NCBI GenBank assembly: GCA_964349465.1
Contig: CAYGGC010000006.1
Span: forward strand, 1,218-65,217
Length of the DNA stretch: 64,000 bases
Direction: 5' to 3'
From: an uncultured Gammaproteobacteria bacterium
Lineage (GTDB): Bacteria; Patescibacteriota; Patescibacteriia; SBBC01; CAIJZX01
The notes below the pieces were generated by a model. That model saw only the letters and a list, made by a program, of their open reading frames with translations, was not told where the DNA came from and did not search any database. Position numbers and translations under genes: made by a program. Below are positions 58,015 to 64,000 of the stretch, in pieces; the stretch's first letter is position 1, and each line of letters opens with the position of its first letter.

Positions 58015-59838
58015 ATGTCTACCCCTGTTGAAGAAGTTAAGCTCCGGCTCGATATCGTCGAACTGATTGGCGAATATGTCCAGCTCAAACAAACAGGAGC
58101 GAACTGGAAGGCCCGGTGCCCGTTTCATAACGAACGAACACCGTCATTTATGGTATCCCGGGAGCGGGCGAATTGGCATTGTTTTGGGTGCGCCCGGGGC
58201 GGTGACATTTTTTCCTTTGTGCAGGAAGTCGAAGGGATGGATTTTCCCGAGGCTCTCCGGTTCTTAGCGAAACGGGCGGGTGTCGAAATTCGCAATGTTG
58301 ATCCGAAACTGGCGACCCAGCGTACGAAGTTGCTGGACGTGATGCGCTGGGCGATGCGGTATTACCACGAAGTGCTTCTCAAGGGTTCGGAAGCACACAT
58401 CGCGCGCGAGTATCTCGCGAAGCGCCAGGTCAGCAGTACGACGATTGAGGAGTGGCAACTTGGATACGCGCCGACCGGTGGCGACGTGGCCTATCGAGCG
58501 ATGCGCCAAAAAGGTTTTTCTGATGATGATATTTTTCAAGCCGGACTAACGATTAAAAAAGAACGTGGCGTTGGATATTTCGATCGTTTTCGCGGACGGG
58601 TGATGTTTCCAATTGCTGACGTCCACGGTGCTATTGTTGGTTGTAGTGGTAGGATCCTTGACGCCCTGATCGACCCGAAGAAGCCGACGCCGGCGAAATA
58701 TATTAATTCGCCCCAAACCTTGATTTATAATAAAAGCGCGATTCTCTACGGACTGGATCATGCTAAGCAGGCGATCAAAAAAGCCGAGCGCGCAGTTCTC
58801 GTCGAAGGATATATGGACGTCATCGCTTCCCATCAAGCTGGCCGAGCGAACGTCGTCGCGAGTTCCGGGACCGCGCTCACCCGTGACCAGGTCAAGCTGT
58901 TAAAGCGGTATACAACTACTCTGGTTTTGGCGTTTGACTCGGACGCGGCCGGCGCTCAAGCCGCCTTGCGGGGGATCGATCAAGCGTTGCAGGAAGAGGT
59001 GAACGTTCTGATGTTGCGGTTGCCGTTTGGAAAGGATCCCGATGAGCTCATCGCGAAAGATCCGCCGGCCTGGGATGCGGCTGTCAGCGGGGCGCAACCA
59101 ATCATGGAATATTATTTTGCTGAAGCGACGGCTAATCGTGATCTTGGCCAGGTGAAAGAAAAAAAGGCGGTCGCGAAATTTCTCTTGCCAATTTTAGCGA
59201 AAGTGGGTGACGCGATTGAACAAACGCATTACCTCCAGCGCTTAGCTGATTTGCTCCGGGTCGAAGAAGCGGTCTTGCGGAAATCAATGCCGAAACCCTT
59301 GAATGTCGCGACGACATCTTCAGCAAAGCCAGCGGTGAATGCGCCGGCAATCCCGACGCCGATCGCTCCGCCGAGTCGTTTCCGGGCTGTCTCGGAACGT
59401 TTGGTTGCGGCTTGGTTGCATGACCCAGCGTCGCTTGAGCGCTGGTCCCAAGATGTCGACCCGCTCTGGCTCATCGGGGATGATCTACGGGCCCTATACA
59501 AAACCCTCGTGGTCTGGTATACTCAGGGCCACCTGAAAAACCGAGCTGATCTCGATCGCCTGATTGGCGGCCTTGACCCAGAACAGCGGGACGTTTTGAA
59601 TCTCCTGCTGCTCTTGAGCGACAAGGAATTTTCCGAGGAGTCAGCCCAAACGGTTAGTCATGAATTGGGACTCATGGTTGCGACGCTTCAGCGCCACGCC
59701 TTTGCCCAACAACTTCACGATCTCGAGCAGGACATTCGGAGGCTTGAGCGTCAGACCGACGCCGCCTCACATGACGAATTGAACCAGTATCTCGGGAAAT
59801 TTCAATCAGTGACCGATCAGCTTCGTCGTCTTGACTAA
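58015..59838 (+). CDS. dnaG: DNA primase
   Basis: CHC2 zinc finger ([11 protein letters not shown]...CFGC) and a TOPRIM domain. Confidence 0.9.
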   Translation: MSTPVEEVKLRLDIVELIGEYVQLKQTGANWKARCPFHNERTPSFMVSRERANWHCFGCARGGDIFSFVQEVEGMDFPEALRFLAKRAGVEIRNVDPKLATQRTKLLDVMRWAMRYYHEVLLKGSEAHIAREYLAKRQVSSTTIEEWQLGYAPTGGDVAYRAMRQKGFSDDDIFQAGLTIKKERGVGYFDRFRGRVMFPIADVHGAIVGCSGRILDALIDPKKPTPAKYINSPQTLIYNKSAILYGLDHAKQAIKKAERAVLVEGYMDVIASHQAGRANVVASSGTALTRDQVKLLKRYTTTLVLAFDSDAAGAQAALRGIDQALQEEVNVLMLRLPFGKDPDELIAKDPPAWDAAVSGAQPIMEYYFAEATANRDLGQVKEKKAVAKFLLPILAKVGDAIEQTHYLQRLADLLRVEEAVLRKSMPKPLNVATTSSAKPAVNAPAIPTPIAPPSRFRAVSERLVAAWLHDPASLERWSQDVDPLWLIGDDLRALYKTLVVWYTQGHLKNRADLDRLIGGLDPEQRDVLNLLLLLSDKEFSEESAQTVSHELGLMVATLQRHAFAQQLHDLEQDIRRLERQTDAASHDELNQYLGKFQSVTDQLRRLD

Positions 59839-59897
59839 GCGGTCGTCGCGCTCCGCTCCTTCGCAGTTCCATATTTTTCCGACTCCATTTTTCACGC

Positions 59898-61127
59898 ATG
59901 CCAAAAAAAGTTTTAAAGAAGTCGAGCAAAGGATCAAAGCCATCTCGTCCGAAGTCTTCGAAGGGTAAAAAGATCACGAAGAAGTCAGCCGCCAAAACCA
60001 AGGTCGCGGTTCGTGCGCCGCGCGCGGCAAAGCCGCAATTTTCGGCGGAACAACTGAAGTCGATTATTGCGAAAGGCCGCCAACGCGGATTCGTGACCGA
60101 AACAGAGTTGCTCTACGCCTTCCCGGACCTGGAAGCGTATCTTGATGAATACGAGAAAGCGCTCGACGAGTTCGAGCAACAAGGAATCGCGATCGTCGAA
60201 AGCGGCGGAAGTATTCTCGAACCGCAACGACCGAGCTTTCTTGATGTTTCCCATAGCAAAAAACATTTACCTTCTGACGAGCGTCATTTTGATCTTGGCG
60301 ATATCTCGAATGATTCGATCCAGATGTACCTCCGAGAAATTGGGAAGGTGCCGCTTTTAACCGCTGAAGACGAAGTTTCCCTGGCGAAGCGCAAAGAAGC
60401 GGGTGATGTCGAAGCCTCAAAGCGTCTCGTCGAAGCGAACTTGCGTCTCGTTGTTTCGATCGCGAAAAAATTCACCGGTCGTTCGCTCTCCCTCCTCGAT
60501 TTAATCCAAGAGGGAAATATCGGACTCTTCCGCGCAGTCGAAAAATTCGATTACCGCAAGGGGTACAAGTTTTCGACTTATGCGACCTGGTGGATTCGTC
60601 AAGCGATTACCCGGGCCCTGGCCGATCAATCGCGGACGATTCGTATCCCGGTCCACATGGTTGAAACAATCAATAAATTTCAACAGATTGAACGGCAGTT
60701 GATTCAGGATCTTGGCCGCGCGCCGTTACCGGAAGAAATTGCCTCAGAAATGGGCGAGTCGATCGATAAGATTCGGCAAATCATTAAAATTTCTCAAGAC
60801 ACCGTTTCGCTCGAAACATCCGTCGGCGAAGATGATGAAGATTCGACACTTGGTGACTTCATCGAAGATGTTAAAACGGTTTCGCCGGATAAAGTCGCGG
60901 CCATGCAGCTCTTACGCGACCATGTTCAGGAAATTAAAGAATCGCTGTCACCGCGGGAACAAAAAATTCTGGAAATGCGATTTGGTCTGACTGACGGCGT
61001 CGCGCATACCCTCGAAGAGGTTGGCCAAGAATTCGGCGTGACCCGCGAGCGTATTCGGCAGATCGAATCGAAAGCCTTGGAAAAAATCAAGACGCATTCG
61101 CATATGCGGAAACTGCAGGATTACTAA
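59898..61127 (+). CDS. rpoD: RNA polymerase sigma factor RpoD
   Basis: Region 1.2 ([17 protein letters not shown]), region 2 and region 4, in the dnaG-rpoD arrangement. Confidence 0.9.
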   Translation: MPKKVLKKSSKGSKPSRPKSSKGKKITKKSAAKTKVAVRAPRAAKPQFSAEQLKSIIAKGRQRGFVTETELLYAFPDLEAYLDEYEKALDEFEQQGIAIVESGGSILEPQRPSFLDVSHSKKHLPSDERHFDLGDISNDSIQMYLREIGKVPLLTAEDEVSLAKRKEAGDVEASKRLVEANLRLVVSIAKKFTGRSLSLLDLIQEGNIGLFRAVEKFDYRKGYKFSTYATWWIRQAITRALADQSRTIRIPVHMVETINKFQQIERQLIQDLGRAPLPEEIASEMGESIDKIRQIIKISQDTVSLETSVGEDDEDSTLGDFIEDVKTVSPDKVAAMQLLRDHVQEIKESLSPREQKILEMRFGLTDGVAHTLEEVGQEFGVTRERIRQIESKALEKIKTHSHMRKLQDY

Positions 61128-61142
61128 ATACAATATCTCAAA

Positions 61143-61169
61143 GCGCCGCCCAGGGGGCGGCGCTTTGTT
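61143..61169 (+). terminator. rho-independent terminator after rpoD
   Basis: A GCGCCGCCC/GGGCGGCGC hairpin followed by TTTGTT. Confidence 0.6.
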
Positions 61170-61181
61170 ATGAATACGTTT

Positions 61182-61256
61182 TGGCTCCGGGGGTGGGATT
61201 CGAACCCACGACCAATGGATTAACAGTCCACTGCTCTACCGCTGAGCTACCCCGGA
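61182..61256 (-). tRNA. tRNA-Asn(GUU)
   Basis: Manual fold: acceptor UCCGGGG/CCCCGGA, D-arm AGCUCAGCGGUAGAGC, anticodon loop CUGUUAA, T-loop GGGUUCGAAUCCC, and an encoded CCA. Confidence 0.85.
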
Positions 61257-61334
61257 AAAGAAAATTGAACAGGAGGAGTATACGTAATCTCGTGTATCTC
61301 GTCAATGTTTTTGGTATGGTATACTTCAGGCCTG

Positions 61335-62570
61335 ATGCGACTTTCTTTGTTTCTTCTCACCTTCGCCCTGGCCATGGGGCTCCTTGTTGTTGCGGGGCCC
61401 GTTTCCGCCGCAACGGTCGGGGAACGTACCGCCGGCCGGATTTTGATCGATGTCCCGCGACCGGGCGATGCTTGGTATATCGCGCCGAAAACGAAGGAGC
61501 GGTATTACCTCGGGGCGACGGTTGATGCCTACGCCACGATCGTGCAGATGGCTGTACGGGTGAGCGGAACTAATCTAGCAAAAATCCCGATCTCCGATAG
61601 CCGAGAGCGAGGGAGCGCGAAATTACGGAAACGGCTTGCGGGCCACTTTGTGATGGATATGAGCAACCGCGGTAAATTGTGGTACGTTTCGCCGCGGACA
61701 CTTCGCCGTAAAGCGCTTGATGAAGGGGTGCACCCAATCAACAGCCTGTTACGATTTGGTTTCAAAACCTCACAGGCGGAGCTACGTCAAATTCCTGTGG
61801 CGGCGACGTCGTTGCCTGGGCCAGCTATTCCGCCTCGAGTGACAACCGTAAAAACGGCTCGCGTCGCTACGAACCGCGGAACTTTTACGACTAACCAAAT
61901 CATTCTTGACCGCCGGAACCCGCATTGGCAGATTATGACCGATACTGGTGACGGGGCGGATTGCACCGTGAGCTGTACAGCCTTCCCGGTTCGTGAATAT
62001 GTTCAGCGTCGCAACGCGATCGCCGGTGTGCAAGGCACCTATTTTTGCGACGATGGGGTGAACTGCATCGGAGCGTTGAATTCCTACGCCTACCCAGTTC
62101 TCAATTCATGGTCACGCGTGATGCTGAACCAAGCTCGGGTCAAGTACACGGTTGAGCCGATGGTCTTGTTCGACGCAAAAAATACGCCGCTCTATCTGCC
62201 GGTCGGAAGTCGGTTTGATACACTCGAAGAGTTTGAGGAACGTTACGCGATGACCGTCCAGACGGCGATCACGAACGGTCCGGCTCTCCTTGAAGGCGGA
62301 GTGAGTGTTTTGCAAAATAGCACGATGGATGCTTCGCAACGGAATGTTCGCGCGACGCGCGCGATGCTGGGCTGGAAAGGTTTTTTGGTCTATCTTGTGG
62401 TCGTCCGGTCAGCGACGCTCCCAGAAACAGTGGCGGTCGCGACGTCAATGGGTCTTGAATATGCCTTAAACCTTGATGGTGGTGGGTCGACCGCGCTCTA
62501 TAACGACGGGATGTTTTACGCTGGGCCTGGTCGCGCGGTGCCGAATGCTCTGCTGGTAGTGCAGCGGTAA
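61335..62570 (+). CDS. secreted phosphodiester-glycosidase (NAGPA)-family protein with N-terminal 69-aa repeat modules
   Basis: Signal peptide and the C-terminal LNLDGGGSTAL motif. The N-terminus carries two copies of the module also found in the 63017 gene. Confidence 0.65.
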   Translation: MRLSLFLLTFALAMGLLVVAGPVSAATVGERTAGRILIDVPRPGDAWYIAPKTKERYYLGATVDAYATIVQMAVRVSGTNLAKIPISDSRERGSAKLRKRLAGHFVMDMSNRGKLWYVSPRTLRRKALDEGVHPINSLLRFGFKTSQAELRQIPVAATSLPGPAIPPRVTTVKTARVATNRGTFTTNQIILDRRNPHWQIMTDTGDGADCTVSCTAFPVREYVQRRNAIAGVQGTYFCDDGVNCIGALNSYAYPVLNSWSRVMLNQARVKYTVEPMVLFDAKNTPLYLPVGSRFDTLEEFEERYAMTVQTAITNGPALLEGGVSVLQNSTMDASQRNVRATRAMLGWKGFLVYLVVVRSATLPETVAVATSMGLEYALNLDGGGSTALYNDGMFYAGPGRAVPNALLVVQR

Positions 62571-62650
62571 CCTGGCTTGACAGAAGCCGGCGTCTAGACT
62601 AGCCTAATGCATGTTCACCCGTGGTTTTCCGTTTGACCAAGGAGGTTCCA

Positions 62651-62782
62651 ATGGACTGCCAGTTCTGTCAGCAGACATTCGAAGAGATCCTCGTTTCGAG
62701 CGTGGATCTGAAGACCTGCGGGTGCTATGCTTGTCTGAAGGAGCGCAAGCTCATCAAAAACGAGCTCACCGCGGCCGTCTAG
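62651..62782 (+). CDS. small Cys-rich (zinc-ribbon-like) protein, 43 aa
   Basis: A strong AAGGAGG RBS lies 7 nt upstream. The product MDCQFCQQ...CGCYAC has five Cys residues. It is below the ORF-track length cutoff. Confidence 0.4.
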   Translation: MDCQFCQQTFEEILVSSVDLKTCGCYACLKERKLIKNELTAAV

Positions 62783-63016
62783 TCTCGATCTTCCGACCGA
62801 GACTTTTTTCTATGGCGAAATGGTAATACTTTGTGGTTTGACGCAGGTGTCGCGACTGCGAACAATCAGATCGTGCGTCCCAACTGGTTGCCAGCGGCAA
62901 TTGCCAGAAGACCGATCAACCAGGCACTGATGACGAGAAAGGGGAAGAAGAGCGATGGTTTTATAGTGCGCACAGTATAACCAGATGTACCTGCAAAATG
63001 TGTTATACTAGCGCCC

Positions 63017-64000
63017 ATGAAACGAGTACTCTTTGGGTTGATTGTTCTCTTTGCTGGTAGCTTCGGAATTGTGACCGTTCGCGCGGCTACTATGGCCGAC
63101 CAGGTGTCTGGTCGGATTCTCATCCAAACCGAACGGAATGGCGAAGGCTGGTATGTCTATCCAAAAACCAAACAGCGGTATTACCTGGGTCGCCCGACCA
63201 ACGCGTTTAACGTGATGAAACAACTTGGGCTCGGGATTACCGACGCGAACTTGGCGAAGATCCCGGTCGCGGGGAGCTCAGAGACGGGGGACGCGAGCCT
63301 GCGCAAACAACTTTCGGGATATATTCTGATCCAGACCGAACGAAACGGCGAAGGCTGGTATGTCTATCCGAAAGATCAGAAGCGCTATGCACTCGGCCGC
63401 CCGACCAACGCGTTTAAGGTGATGAAACAACTTGGGCTCGGTATCACGAACGAGAACCTCGCCCAAATCACCCCCGCGGCTAACCAGCCACCGCTCTTGC
63501 CAGTCGTCGCTACCTCAACGACTCGAAGCATTGTCACGAGTCGCGGATCCTTTACGGTTCGACAGTTAGCCCTCTCGGCCTCGTCCTTGAGTTATAACAT
63601 CATGACCGATACCGGGAATTCCACTGATTGCGACAATAACTGTGTGGTCGTGAGCTTAAGTCATTACGTCACACGGCGATATGGTTCAGCCGGAATTCAC
63701 GGGACCTATTTCTGTCCCTCTGACTACGCCTCCTGCGCGGGCCAGACCGGATCGTACTTTTACCCGGTCTATAACTCATTTTCCAAAACAATGATTAACC
63801 AGGATCGGGTAAAGTATACGCATAACCCGATGATTATTTTTGATACAAACAATACTCCGCATTATTTGTCCGACACCGCTGACCTCGATACCGTGAGTGA
63901 ATATGAACAGCGCAATAACATCACCATCCAAGCGGCGATCAGTAGTGGTCCGGCGATGGTGGAGGCGGGCAAGAATGTTCTCAACACCGGCGCGCTTGAT
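63017..64000 (+). CDS. secreted NAGPA-family paralogue (partial, runs off window end)
   Basis: It has a signal peptide, two near-identical 69-aa modules (SGRILIQTERNGEGWYVYPK...), and the same C-terminal domain as the 61335 gene. No stop codon occurs within the window. Confidence 0.65.
   Translation, partial: MKRVLFGLIVLFAGSFGIVTVRAATMADQVSGRILIQTERNGEGWYVYPKTKQRYYLGRPTNAFNVMKQLGLGITDANLAKIPVAGSSETGDASLRKQLSGYILIQTERNGEGWYVYPKDQKRYALGRPTNAFKVMKQLGLGITNENLAQITPAANQPPLLPVVATSTTRSIVTSRGSFTVRQLALSASSLSYNIMTDTGNSTDCDNNCVVVSLSHYVTRRYGSAGIHGTYFCPSDYASCAGQTGSYFYPVYNSFSKTMINQDRVKYTHNPMIIFDTNNTPHYLSDTADLDTVSEYEQRNNITIQAAISSGPAMVEAGKNVLNTGALD
63104..63513 (+). repeat. tandem direct repeat, 2 x 207 nt (~85% identity)
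   Basis: Seen directly: ...ccgaacggaatggcgaaggctggtatgtctatcc... recurs 207 nt later. Confidence 0.8.

Overview
This window is a ~64-kb stretch of a bacterial chromosome with a background GC of roughly 55-58% and most genes preceded by GGAGG-type ribosome-binding sites. Housekeeping content includes rpsF-ssb-rpsR-efp, ychF, folD-glyA-lgt, a phosphohexomutase, trpS, RNase J, secG, uvrC, uvrA, csrA, groES-groEL with a CIRCE operator, ppsA, dnaG-rpoD, and tRNA-Leu(CAG), tRNA-Ser(GGA) and tRNA-Asn(GUU). The main accessory region is an AT-richer integrative element of about 8.8 kb (about 5207-13990) inserted exactly at the ychF start codon. It carries a large serine recombinase, an Xis-like HTH protein, a D5/P4-like primase-helicase and a zinc-ribbon protein. 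Its cargo is a compact candidate defence module made of a HigB toxin, a HigA antitoxin fused to an ImmA/IrrE HEXXH peptidase, a translationally coupled Beta-protein (sce7725-like) gene, and a convergent sce7726-like PD-(D/E)xK-like gene. Other notable items: (1) an ECF sigma factor followed 4 nt later by a 1712-aa membrane protein with a short anti-sigma-like N-terminus fused to a thioester-less alpha-2-macroglobulin ectodomain, then an exported MEMO-like protein; (2) five single-gene inserts with extreme GC3 codon bias, one of them a degenerate paralogue of the neighbouring native DHH-motif gene; (3) an atypical ~155-nt tRNA-like element after tRNA-Ser; (4) an 18-bp perfect palindrome in the uvrC promoter; (5) a ~540-nt hairpin-bracketed non-coding region 3' of ychF that I could not assign to any known RNA family; (6) paired phosphodiester-glycosidase-like secreted proteins built from a tandemly repeated 69-aa module. 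No CRISPR array or rRNA was seen.
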